Of a stretch of 64,000 nucleotides of DNA, positions 21,991-32,458 are shown piece after piece. Position 1 is the stretch's first letter, and each line of letters opens with the position of its first letter. This stretch comes from an uncultured Planctomycetota bacterium (GTDB lineage Bacteria; Planctomycetota; Planctomycetia; Isosphaerales; Isosphaeraceae): the NCBI GenBank assembly GCA_963819805.1, contig CAWFXY010000047.1, forward strand, positions 13,040 to 77,039, in the 5' to 3' direction. Position numbers and translations under genes: made by a program. Below the pieces are notes generated by a model. The model had not been told where the DNA came from. It made no database searches and saw only the letters and a program-made list of their open reading frames with translations.

Positions 21991-22541
21991 TATCACGGCT
22001 TTCGCCCGGCGTTCCTCGGAGAGCACGGTCGTTCGACATGGTCCTTGTCTGCTTCGGTCCGCCTACGCCGCGGGCGACCGCACAGAAGATCGCTGCGCGA
22101 GTAATGAGGATCGCTTGTATTCGCCAATCAAGCACCCTCCGTTGGTGTGGCCAAGCAACGTAACAGGGATGCCAGTTCGGCGAGCCTTCGAACTCGGTCC
22201 AACGGCCATCGATCGGCCGCAGCCAACGGCCCTCCAAGCGCGTCCCTCGGACAATCCAGGGTCGACGGTTGACCGGCGAGGCATAACTCATGCCGCATCA
22301 ATTACCAGACCCGGTTGACCCTCGGGTCGACCATGGCTCCGAATGGTCGCTCGCGGCCGACCTTCGTCGATCAACCCCGCCACGGCGCGCCTTCGCCTCG
22401 ACTGCAGAGCCCACGCGCGTCCGATTGGTTTGGGGCAGGCCAGGACCGATGGTCCGAGGTATCGAGCTCACCTCGCGAGCGTCCTTCGCCTCTGTCAGCC
22501 CGGATCGACCTCGTCCGAGCTCTTCGGTGGAACCGCGTCGT

Positions 22542-24533
22542 TCACGCCTTGACCTCGGCGATAACGCTCCGATGCGCGGCGAGCACCCGCACCAGGCGGT
22601 CCCAGTCGACTGGCTTACCGAGGTGATCGTCGCAGCCGAAGCGCAGGGATTCCTCGCGATTCTCCGCGGTCGCATAGGCCGTCAAGGCGATAATCGGCCG
22701 TCGATAGTCGCGGTCGCGGAGTTCTCGGGTCGCCGCGTAGCCGTCAAGGACCGGCATCTGCACATCCATCAGGATCCAGTCGAATGGCCGACCCGCCTCC
22801 TGGGCAGCCATGGCCAGATCGACAGCCTGCCGACCGTTGGAGGCGACGGCGACTTCCGTCCCACGCTGCTCAAGCCGAAGGGCCACGAGATGCCGGATTG
22901 CCTCGTTGTCCTCGGCGAGCAAGATTCGGCCGCCGATGGCCAATTGGGGAGGAAGCGAGCAGACGCCGGAGTCGGACCCGGCGGGAGGCGCCCCTCCCGA
23001 TGATGAGGGATTAGGCGGTCCCATCGGCCCGATAGGGAGGGTCAGTGTGAACGTGCTCCCCTCACCGGGTCGGCTCCGGACGTCGATCTTGCCTCCTATC
23101 AAATCGGCCAATCGTCGGCTGATGGCGAGCCCCAGCCCGGCTCCGGATTCAGTCGTGGTACCGGCATCGGAGCTGTAGAACGGCTCGAAGAGCCGGCCGA
23201 CGTCGGTCTCCGACATCCCGATGCCGGTGTCGATCACCGTGAATTGAAGGGTCGGGGCCGCTTCGGACCCTCGATCGGGGCGGATCTGGAGTCGAACACC
23301 GCCCGAGTCGGTGAACTTGATCGCGTTGCTCAAGAGGTTGATGAGTATCTGGCGGAGACGGACTGCGTCCGTCTGAATCGTCGTGGGCACGTCGGGGTTG
23401 GACTCGAGGGCCAGCGTCAGACCCTTGGCATCGGCCCTGGGACACATCGACGCCAGGACGTCTCCGGCGATTCTTGCGGGCGAGCAGGGCTCGCAGTCGA
23501 TGCGCAGCCGCCCAGCTTCAATCTTCGTGAGGTCCAGGATGTCATTGATAAGGTTAAGCAGGTGGTTGCCGCTCTGCCTGATGGTCTGGAGTCCGTGTAG
23601 CAGGTGATCAGGGAGAGCGCAAACCCGGTCGTCCTCCAGCAGGACGTCGGTGAAGCCGAGGATCGCCGTCATCGGGGTGCGGATCTCGTGGCTGATGTGG
23701 CCAAGGAACTCGCCCTTGGCCCGGTCGGCGGTCTCGGCCGCCTCCTTGGCACGCCGCATCTCCTCGGCACGCTGCATGGCCTCCTCTGCCCGCTTGCGCT
23801 CGGTGACGTCGCGGGCGATCCCCGAGACGACCGCCCGGTCGGCGTGGCATTGGCGGGCGGCGGACAGGACCTCGATTATCACGTATTCCCCGCCCGCCGA
23901 TCGGACGCGGAGTTCGAAGGGCGTCAGGGACTCCCCCTGCAGGGCACGGACGAATGATTTGTTGGCGACCGACAGATCCTCCGACCAGATCAACTCGGCG
24001 AAGGGCCGGCCGATCCAGTCCGCGCAGGCCGAACCGGTGATCGCCTCAAAGGCGGGATTCAGTGACTCGATCCGTCCCTCGGCGGAGACCGACCAGATGA
24101 TGACCTTGGCCGACTCGACCAGGCCGCGATAGCGGTCCTCCGACTCGCGTATCGCCTCCTGAGCACGGACCCGCTCCGTAATGTCCCGCGCGACGACAAG
24201 GCCCAGCGGTTCGGGGGTCGTGTGGATCCGGCTGACGCTCACGTTGACCGGGATCGGCTCGCCGGATTGCCGGCTCAGATAGTAGCCTTCCCGCGAGTGG
24301 TAGAAGCCAGTCCGACGGTAGGCGTCGACCAGGCGGCCGAGGCTACCGGGCTCGGCCCCGGCGAAAAGGTCGTGCAATCGCAGGGCACAAGCGGCCTCCT
24401 TATCGAAGCCGGTCAGGCGCATCGCGGCGGGATTGACGTCGAGGACGCTGTGGTCCTTCGAATCGAAGATGAACAGGGCGTCGTTGGACTCCCGGAATAG
24501 GCAGAGGGCGATCTCTTGAAGACGGGTGTCCAT
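22542..24533 (-). CDS. hybrid sensor histidine kinase / response regulator with PAS domains
   Basis: Intact ORF, with the track extending to 24596. Two PAS-like segments are present. The H-box is FLGHISHEIRTPMTAILG and the ATPase boxes are LLSNAIKFT, DTGIGM and GAGLGLAI. The C-terminal receiver is ILLAEDNE...DWILMDVQMPVLDG...ALTAYA. The likely start is MDTRLQEIAL. Confidence 0.9.
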   Translation of the reverse strand: MDTRLQEIALCLFRESNDALFIFDSKDHSVLDVNPAAMRLTGFDKEAACALRLHDLFAGAEPGSLGRLVDAYRRTGFYHSREGYYLSRQSGEPIPVNVSVSRIHTTPEPLGLVVARDITERVRAQEAIRESEDRYRGLVESAKVIIWSVSAEGRIESLNPAFEAITGSACADWIGRPFAELIWSEDLSVANKSFVRALQGESLTPFELRVRSAGGEYVIIEVLSAARQCHADRAVVSGIARDVTERKRAEEAMQRAEEMRRAKEAAETADRAKGEFLGHISHEIRTPMTAILGFTDVLLEDDRVCALPDHLLHGLQTIRQSGNHLLNLINDILDLTKIEAGRLRIDCEPCSPARIAGDVLASMCPRADAKGLTLALESNPDVPTTIQTDAVRLRQILINLLSNAIKFTDSGGVRLQIRPDRGSEAAPTLQFTVIDTGIGMSETDVGRLFEPFYSSDAGTTTESGAGLGLAISRRLADLIGGKIDVRSRPGEGSTFTLTLPIGPMGPPNPSSSGGAPPAGSDSGVCSLPPQLAIGGRILLAEDNEAIRHLVALRLEQRGTEVAVASNGRQAVDLAMAAQEAGRPFDWILMDVQMPVLDGYAATRELRDRDYRRPIIALTAYATAENREESLRFGCDDHLGKPVDWDRLVRVLAAHRSVIAEVKA

Positions 24534-24847
24534 CGTCCTGCCTCCGCCACCCGTACAGAAAACGGAACTCGACCGCACCGCAGGACATTCGAGCAAGAGA
24601 GCGGATCGGACAGTCTTGGACAGTCATCGCCGGGAGGTGTCCCGGAAGCAGGCCTGGAGCAGGCCTCCCGGACGACGGGCTTATACCGCGTGAGGGAAAG
24701 CACTCAAGGTTATCGAGCGATGCAAGACGTGGTCAGTGCCTCGGATAATCGCCGTACCCGCCCGATCCATCTCCTCGCCTGCTTCCGCATGCCCCCGAGG
24801 CCACTATCGGGCCGCGCGCGACCCGGGGTGATGCCGGTTCGATGCCC

Positions 24848-26284
24848 TTACTTGGTCGTGGGGTTGGGAAGGGCCTTCCCAGCCAGTTTCTCGTAGAGCC
24901 GACGCTCGGCCTCTTGCCAGATCTCGTCCTTGACGGCCTCGCCGGCCGGCCCGGTCGGGCTCCCCCGCGACTCCCAGATTGCGTAAGCGAGCTCTTTGAG
25001 CTCCTGCTCGACGCTCCGCGTCGCCTCGTGCCAGATCTCGTCCTTGACGGCCTCGCCGGCCGGCCCGGTCGGGCTCCCCCGCGACTCCCAAATCTTCCTG
25101 GCCCGCAACTCCTTCAGCTTCTCCGACAGCGAAACGAGCACCTTCGGGGCCGTGTCGCCACCGCGGGAGGCCGACCCTGCACGCGAGGTGTCCGCTTGCT
25201 GAGGGACCGTTTGAAGGCCTCGGGGCGGCGCGGTGACATGCACCGAGGGCCACACAGTGTACGCAGAGATCGCCCCTGCGAAGATGAGCAGGCCCAGCCC
25301 CGCCCAGGCGAGCCTTCGCGAGCCCAATCGCTCCGAGCTGCGCGTCGAAGCAAGAGATCGATCGAGCGCGGCGGTGAATTCCCGGATCGTCGCGAAGCGA
25401 TTCTTCGGACTCTCCTCGAGGGATCGAAGGATCACCGCGTCGACCTCGGGGCCCAGCCGCGGGTTCAGTTGCGAAGGGGGCTTAAAGACGCCCAACGGCA
25501 GATGCCCGGTCAGCATCTCGTACGCTAGGGCTGCCAGCGAATATTGGTCGGCGCGCTCGTCCACCTTCAGGCTGTATTGCTGCTCCGGGGCGACGTACCC
25601 CAGCGTCCCCAGGCCGCAGCCGCTCCGAGTTAGCGAGCCGGCACCAGCCCTCAGGACGGCGATCCCAAAGTCAGCAACGCGGGGGTGTTCGTCGTCTTGT
25701 AAGAGGATGTTCTCCGGCTTCAAGTCTCGATGGATGATCTCCTGTCGGTGCAGGTATGCGAGGGCCTCCCCCACGGGCAGGATGATGCGGCGGACTTCAT
25801 CGATGGGCATGGCATGCCCGGCGGGCATGCGGCGCCGCAGGTCGCCCCCTTTGATGTATTCCATGACCAGGTAAGGGCGGCCGTCGGCCTCGCCGAAGTC
25901 ATGGACCGGAATGACATTCGGATGGGAGATCTTGGCCATCAGCTCCGCCTCGCGGCGGAAGCGGGCCAGGTCGTGCTCAGGATCGGCCGCACCCTCCGGC
26001 ATGAGGAATTTGATCGCGACGAGCCGGCCTAGGGCCAATTGTCGGGCGAGGAAGACCTCCCCCATGCTCCCCTTGCCGAGCCGCTCCAGGAGCTGATAGC
26101 CGCGGATCTGGAACATCGGGGAGCTCGGCCCGTGCTCCGGTGCCATCGCGTCCTCCTGCCTGACGTTTCCCGACATCAACCCGTCGCCTTCGTCCCGTCG
26201 CTCGGATCGCTCCCTACGCCCGCGGCACGTAACCGGAGACAACCCGGCCCATCCCAAGCTAAAGGGGCAAAGCCTCGGCTGCAA
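24848..26284 (-). CDS. Ser/Thr protein kinase - TM - two DUF2934-like C-terminal repeats
   Basis: Intact ORF. Hanks motifs are GKGSMGEVFLA, HRDLKPENILL, DFGIA and GYVAPE. The TM segment is LAWAGLGLLIFAGAISAY. The C-terminus has two copies of IWESRGSPTGPAGEAVKDEIW. The start is more likely ATG 26176 (MSGNVRQED) or further downstream. Confidence 0.85.
   Translation of the reverse strand: MQPRLCPFSLGWAGLSPVTCRGRRERSERRDEGDGLMSGNVRQEDAMAPEHGPSSPMFQIRGYQLLERLGKGSMGEVFLARQLALGRLVAIKFLMPEGAADPEHDLARFRREAELMAKISHPNVIPVHDFGEADGRPYLVMEYIKGGDLRRRMPAGHAMPIDEVRRIILPVGEALAYLHRQEIIHRDLKPENILLQDDEHPRVADFGIAVLRAGAGSLTRSGCGLGTLGYVAPEQQYSLKVDERADQYSLAALAYEMLTGHLPLGVFKPPSQLNPRLGPEVDAVILRSLEESPKNRFATIREFTAALDRSLASTRSSERLGSRRLAWAGLGLLIFAGAISAYTVWPSVHVTAPPRGLQTVPQQADTSRAGSASRGGDTAPKVLVSLSEKLKELRARKIWESRGSPTGPAGEAVKDEIWHEATRSVEQELKELAYAIWESRGSPTGPAGEAVKDEIWQEAERRLYEKLAGKALPNPTTK
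24916..25090. repeat. 61-bp perfect direct repeat, 114-bp period, inside the kinase C-terminus
   Basis: gccagatctcgtccttgacggcctcgccggccggcccggtcgggctcccccgcgactccca occurs at 24916-24976 and again at 25030-25090. The spacer and flanks are diverged. Confidence 0.9.
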
Positions 26285-26738
26285 GGATGATACGGACGGT
26301 CAGGGCAGGGAGGGGCACTGCAACGGCACAGCCGACTCACCACACACGAATCCCGCGACGAAATCTCACGTGCTCTGGTTCACAAGCCCGAGGTCGACGA
26401 CTCCGACGCGCGCAACAGCGACACCCATTTTCGAGGCCGGCCGGCGGTCCCTCCGAGACGCGGGGAACGAGGTTCTTTCGCGATTCTTCGCCCTCCGGGG
26501 CGGTCGCGCATTCGCCGTCTCATACGCGTCGGATCGGCAGGGCATCGGCTGTCGCCGTGGGATGTGGACCGGCGCAGGCCGATGCCGCGCAGCCCGCCGC
26601 GTGGCCTTGGTCCCCGTCGAAGACGCGGCGGTCGGGTCGCCCGGCGCTCGGGCCGTGGCCGTCGTCTCGCCCGCGGGTGAGACGATCGGTGTCGCCCGCC
26701 AGTGCCGTGCGGCGGGCCCCCGAGGCGGCCCGGGATCG

Positions 26739-28057
26739 CTACACCTCCAGCCCCCGCATGGTGCCGGTGCTGGCGGCGAAGCGGTCGGCCTCGAGCCCGA
26801 GGCGCTGGAGCATCGAGACGAACAGGTTGGGCAGCGGGTAGTTCCGCTCGCGGTCGAAGGCCAGGTGCTGGCCGTGGCGGAAGCCGCCGCCGGCGAGGAG
26901 GACCGGGAGGTTGGTCGTGACGTGGGTGTTGGCGTTGCCCAGATTGCTGCCGTAGAGGACCATCGTCCGGTCGAGCAGCGTCTCGCCGCCCTCGCGGAAC
27001 CCCTTCAGCCCGGTGAAGAGCTCGCCGAGGAGCTTCATGTGCCAGCGGTCGATCGCCTTGAGCTGGTCGAGCTTGGCGGCCGACTTGCCGTGGTGCGACA
27101 GGTTGTGATAGCCGTCGGTCGTGTCCTTGCCGTCGACCTCGATGGCCGGGGAGTTGACGCTGTCGAGCATTAGGGTGACGAACCGGGTCGAGTCGGTCTC
27201 GAACGCGAGCCGGGCCATGTCGTACATCAGCCTGACCTTCTCCATGTACTCGCGCGGGTCGGACGGGTCGCTCGGCGGCTCGGCGGCGACCTTCGGCTTC
27301 GGCCGGTATTCCCATTCGCGGGCGGCGACGAGCCGCTTCTCCAGGTCGCGGACGCCGGTGAGGTACTGGTCGAGCCGGTCGCGGTCGGTCGCGCCGAGGC
27401 CCCGGCGCAGGTCGCCGAGCTGGCCGGCGACGGCGTCCATGATGCTCTGGCCCCGGTCGAGCCGGCGGACCTGCTCGCGGATCTCCGCCGGGCTGCCCTG
27501 GAGGAACAGCTTGCGGAAGACTTCCGAGGCCTTCTCGTCGCACGGGATCAGGGCGCCGGTGCCGGTCCAGGAGAGGCTCCGCTGCCCCCGGGCCACGTTC
27601 ACGCCCAGGGTGAGCGACGGGAACCGCGTGAGGTGCCCGATCCGCTCGGCGGCGTACTGGTCGAGCGAGATCGTGTTGCGGAACCCGCCGTTGCCCGGAT
27701 GCGGCGCAGCGGTCAGGAAGCAGTTGTCGGCCGGGTGGCCGCCGTCGACGTCGGGGTGCCACACGCCGCTGAAGACGGTGAAGTCGTCCCGGTGATCCTT
27801 CAGCACCTCCAGGTACGGCGAGAGCTTGTAATCGCGCCCGGCCGACGTCGAGGCCGGGAAGAACTCGTCGGGGAGGAGGCCGAGGTTGTTGCAGATCGCC
27901 GAAGCATCGCCGCGGCGCCTTCGCCGGGTCCGGCCTCGCGGGCGAACGCGGGACGCATGACGTCGAGCATCGGCAGCGACAGGGCCACGCCCGCCCCGCG
28001 GAGGAACGCGCGTCGGGAAACGGGGCGACGGTTCGAGGCGAAGGCGGGCGTGGTCAT
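26739..28057 (-). pseudogene. DUF1552 domain protein, one frame break
   Basis: ORF 27800..28057 carries the twin-arginine-type leader: [29 protein letters not shown]... A break at ~27893-27900 leads into the frame of ORF 26739..27806 ([44 protein letters not shown]...GYHNLSHHG...). The gene sits directly downstream of its usual DUF1592-family partner. Confidence 0.8.
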
Positions 28058-28072
28058 GGCGTGGCTCGTTCG

Positions 28073-30634
28073 CTACTTGGACCGGAACAGATCGCTCTGG
28101 ACGATCGCGTGGACGAGGGAGCGGGTGCCGAACCCGCGCTTGGCCGTACTGTCGACGATGCGCTCGACCTCGGCCCGGTCGCCGAAGCGGACGGGCGTCC
28201 CGGTGGCGTACGTGACGAGCTGGCCGACGAGGTTGCGGGCGATCTGCCGCTCGTCGGCCAGCAGGAGCCGCTTCAATTCGCGGACGTCGTGGAACGTCCG
28301 GCCGTCGGGCAGCGTGGCCGAAGGGTCGACGGCCGGCCCCATCCGGAACTTGAACGGCTGGCCGTTCTTACCGAAGCCCGGCACGAGGTCGGTCTCGCTC
28401 TGGGCGCGATACTTCTCGCGGAGCCCGCCGAAGACGTCGAAGCTCTCCAGCGCAAAGCCGGCGGGTCGATCTTAGCGTGGCAGACGGCGCATGACGTCAC
28501 AGACCGATGCTTCTCCAACTGCGCGGATCGTGGTCGCCCCGCGGGTGTCCGGCTCGACGGCCGGCACGCCGGGCGGCGGCGGGGGGAGCGGCTTGCCGAC
28601 GATCCGCTCCATCACCCAGGCGCCCCGCAGGACGGGCGACGTGGTGGTCCCGTTGGCCGTCACCTTGAGCACGCTGGCCTGCGTCAGGAGCCCGCCGCGG
28701 GGCGAATCGGCCGACAGCGTCGTGCGGCGGAGAGCCGAGCCACCAACGGTCGGCAACCCGTAGTGCTCGGCGAGCCTGTCGTTGAGGAAGGTGAAATCCG
28801 ACGCCACGGCCGCCCGCGCCGGCAGGTCGACCCGGAGCATCTCGGCGAAGTACAGGCGCGATCTCCTCGACAGCCGAGTCGGCGAGCAGGTCGTCGAGGT
28901 AATAGTCAGGATACAGCATCTCGTCCGGCGAAGTCGCGGCGATCTTGCGGAGGTCGAGCCAGTAGTCGAGGAAGGCGTCGACGAACCGGCGGCACTTCGG
29001 GTCGTCCAGCAATCGATCGACCTGCCGGCGGAGGGTCTCCGGATCGCGGAGCGCCCGGCGATCGGCCAGCCGGCGGAGCTTCGTCGTCGGGCGGCGAGTT
29101 CCACAGGAAGTACGACAGGCGGGCGGCCAGGGCGTGGTCGTCGAGCGGTCCCAAGGACTCGGTCAGACCAATGAATTCCGGCGAGCATAGCACGGCCGAG
29201 TAGCCGGCATACATCGCGTCGGCGAACGACGCCCCGGAGGCCAGTTCGTCCTTGATGACCGGCAGGAACCGGACCTCCTCGGCATCGGGCACCGGCCGTC
29301 GATACACTTTGCGGACGAACGCCCGGAGCAGCCGCTCGGCGTCTTCATCGGGCCGGTCGGAAGCGACCGTCGCGGCCCCACCAGACGCCGGCTTCAGCGG
29401 CAGGTCGCCGAAGAGGAGCGCATGCCCGGCGGGGGGCCATTGGTCCTGGATCGGTCCCTCCACCTCCATCCAGCGGACGGCGACCCCCGGGCACCCTTCG
29501 CGGGTGGCGAGAGGGTTATGCCAGTTAGGCGGCCGAGACCGGAACAGCCGCGCCGCGTCGAACCCGATCGTCTCCCCCTTGAGCAGCCAGACCTCGATCT
29601 CGTGGACCCCGGGCTCGGGGTTCACGTCGAACCGGCCGAGGGTCCGCGTCTGGCGGGGCGGGATCTCCGACCAGATGACCATCGGCTCGGTCGTCCGCCC
29701 CTTCGAGGCGTCGGTCCGGTCGGGAATCCACCACTTCGGCCCCTTCCCCGGCCCGGCCCAGAATGAATAGGCCGAGAACCGCAGCTTGTACCGGCCGGCC
29801 GACGGGGCACGAAATCGCGTGAACTTGGGCTCGATCGGCTCGTAGCTGCTGGCCACCACGCCGAACGCTTCCTGCTCCCGGACCATCGGGTCGGCGTCGC
29901 CGACAGTCGCGGGGACCTTCTCTTCCAGGACGTCCTGCTGGACCTTGGCGCCGAGGAGCGGGAAAGTAGACCGCTCGGGACTGCGGTTGAACGGGCCGAA
30001 CTTCATCAATCGCACGAGGTTCGGCTGGTCTCGGGCGTAGTACCGCACGGCCTTCGATTCCGGACGCTCGGTCCGGTTGACCGTCACCTCGCGGAGGGCA
30101 TATTCGGCGGCCCCGAGGTATCGGGCCATTTGGACGTGCGATACGTCGAGCGCCGTCGCCCGACTTGTTGAACCGATGGGCCTCGCCGTCCTCGGGGAGC
30201 ATGTCGCGGAGCTGGAGCCAGGGGGCGTCCAGGAGGTCGCGGAGGGAATTCTCGTATTCGTACCGGTTGAGCCTCCGCCAGACGGCCCGGCCGGCGGCCT
30301 CGGCGTGGTCACGGTCGGCCGCCGCCAGACGATCTGAGAGCCCGTCCACGAACGTACGCCGGTCGGCCGGCTCGGGCTGGCCCGCCGATCGCGGAGGCAT
30401 CTCCCCGTCGCGGACGCGGTCGTGGACCGTGACCCACCCGGCATAGATCGCCGGGTCAGTCGGGTCGAGCCGGAGGGCGGTGAGGTCGAGCCCGCCCTTC
30501 CGGACGGTCGCGTCGTGGCAGCCGAAGCAATGGTCCTCCAGGAACTCCCGCTCCGGGCGCGGCAGGTCGGCCGCGTGGCTCGCGCCGGCGAGGGACAGGA
30601 GGATGAGGGCGATCGTTGCAGGCGGAAGCTTCAT
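28073..30634 (-). pseudogene. DUF1592/DUF1588/DUF1585-family (planctomycete PSD/PSCyt) cytochrome-domain protein, at least 5 frame breaks
   Basis: ATG 30634 opens [21 protein letters not shown] with CxxCH (EDHCFGCHD), continuing through ...[13 protein letters not shown]...HRFNKSGD. A break at ~30150-30156 leads to [23 protein letters not shown]...[14 protein letters not shown] break at ~29083-29087 leads to [41 protein letters not shown]...AVEE. A break at ~28858-28866 leads to LYFAEML...[13 protein letters not shown]...[13 protein letters not shown]...TTIR. A break at ~28517-28527 leads to [23 protein letters not shown] break at ~28453-28464 leads to [11 protein letters not shown]...QLVTYATG...VQSDLFRSK*. 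Confidence 0.8.
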
Positions 30635-31177
30635 GGCGAATGTCAGCGGGCGCCCGGTTGGGCGGGGCTGTCGGGGACCCCCACGTCGCGCGGCCCGCGA
30701 GGCGAGCCGCGGACCCGCGGGCGAGACGGACTTACGACAGTTTAATCGGAAGTCGATCGGGGGGTCCAAACGATTCGCCGTCGCGGACATCGATGGGCGT
30801 TGCCTTCGGCCGGTTAATCGGACAGACCCGTCGTGTCGGAGCCGGCACAGCGAACGGGCCCCTCGATGGGTGGAAAGCGTGCGCATTGTGCGCCTTCTTC
30901 AAGGCGATCGTGACCCTCCTGCAGGCGGCCGCGTTCTCGGTCTCGTGCGAGGGAGCGACATCGAGTATCCGCGCTTCCGGAGGCAGATCGCCGACGTCGG
31001 GTGATGCGGCCGACGACCCCTACGCTTCTCAGATCGCGCGCATCGTCACGACGATGATGCCACGGAAGGATGCGTCCGACCGAGATGGGCTGAACACACA
31101 GGCGCTGGCAGGCCGGGATGTGACGCTGTAAACTCCCATCTGGCGCCGATCATTCCGGTTTCATCGAGATCGAAGCG

Positions 31178-32296
31178 ATGGCTCGTGCGTCCTTGTTGGT
31201 CGGGCTTCTTCTGGGGCTTTGCCTCTCCCGACCGGGCCTGGCTGGGGAGCCGACCTCCGTTCCGCGCGCGACACCGCCCCAAGTCAACCAGGCGGTCGAT
31301 CGCGCCATTGTGTATCTGCAAACCGAAAGCGCTGCCTGGCTGAACACGCGCAAGTGCGCCGCCTGCCACCACGTGGCCATGCCGCTCTGGGCGCTGGGCG
31401 ACGCCGAACGGCAGGGCTACGCGATCGACAAGAAACTCGTTGCGGATGCGGCCGAGTCTCTGTTGGGCAGCAGGGACAAGCTGATGGCCTCGAAGATCTT
31501 CCCCAACCCGGCCGACCCGGCCGACCCGCGACCGCAGGGTCGGGGCCTCAACATGGGGCTCCCGTTCCTGGCTATCGCCGCTCGGTCGTTGCCGAAACTT
31601 GGAAAGGGACAAGAACAGAGCCTGAAGCTGATCGCGGAGGAGATCGCCAGGAAGCAGCAACCAAACGGTTCGTGGGAGTTCTTCGCCTCCCTCCGGCGGC
31701 CGCCGATCAACGAGAGCCAGGCCGCCGACGCCGTCTGGATCATCTTGGCCTTGCAAGGGGAGTCGGGGCCCGACGCGCCGGAATCGCGGTGCGCGGCACT
31801 GGCGAAGGCGATCGCGTGGCTCGACGCCGCAACGCCCTCCGCCCTTCATCAGGAGAAGGTCCTGAGGCTGCTGTTGGCGATCCGCTCCGGAAGGCCACGC
31901 GACCAATCGCAGTCCGCGGTCGACGAGTTGCTCGCCCTGCAACGCGCCGACGGCGGCTGGAGCCAAACCGTTCCCGAGTTGAAGAGCGACGCCTTCGCCA
32001 CCGGCCAGACCCTGTACGTCCTGTCACTCGCCGGTTACACGGCCGAACGGCCCGAGATCAGGCGTGGGATCGACTTCCTCGTCGCCACGCAGAAGCCGAA
32101 CGGCAGTTGGCCAATGATCTCTCGATCGACCCCCGATGGCTCGCCCGGGGGCGCGAACCTCTTGACGCCAATCACCTGCGCTGCCAGCTCCTGGGCCACG
32201 CTCGGCCTGGCGAGACTTGTGCCGAGCAGTAGAGCCGCGTCGAACGCGGGCGCTGCTCGCGACGTTCCGAAGGCTCCCCAGTTCCCGAGGTCATGA
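31178..32296 (+). CDS. secreted prenyltransferase/terpene-cyclase-like (QW-type repeat) protein with N-terminal CxxCH
   Basis: 372-aa intact ORF. The signal peptide is LLVGLLLGLCLSRPGLAG and the CxxCH is CAACHH. Repeated Q-x-x-x-G-x-W units are QQPNGSWEF, QRADGGWSQ and QKPNGSWPM. Confidence 0.65.
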   Translation: MARASLLVGLLLGLCLSRPGLAGEPTSVPRATPPQVNQAVDRAIVYLQTESAAWLNTRKCAACHHVAMPLWALGDAERQGYAIDKKLVADAAESLLGSRDKLMASKIFPNPADPADPRPQGRGLNMGLPFLAIAARSLPKLGKGQEQSLKLIAEEIARKQQPNGSWEFFASLRRPPINESQAADAVWIILALQGESGPDAPESRCAALAKAIAWLDAATPSALHQEKVLRLLLAIRSGRPRDQSQSAVDELLALQRADGGWSQTVPELKSDAFATGQTLYVLSLAGYTAERPEIRRGIDFLVATQKPNGSWPMISRSTPDGSPGGANLLTPITCAASSWATLGLARLVPSSRAASNAGAARDVPKAPQFPRS

Positions 32297-32458
32297 CAGG
32301 CCAGAGCTGTACGAGTCGGCGGCTCTGTTGAAGCGCCAGCTCGCCGCTTGATTATCCGGGACTTTGCGCGCGTCGGTCCGCGATGCCGAATGGCACTTAG
32401 ATTGTTGCTAGCTCGTTTGCAGCGATCTGGAGTCTGATCTCTGCGTCCGGGGCGAGGC

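Noticed and set aside
21977-22291. 104-codon minus-strand ORF (MSYASPVNRRPWIVRGTRLEGRW...) ending inside the IS630 right end, as a gene truncated by the IS
   Set aside because: It has no recognisable family, an odd Trp/Arg-rich composition and no ribosome-binding context that I could see. It cannot be distinguished from a chance ORF.
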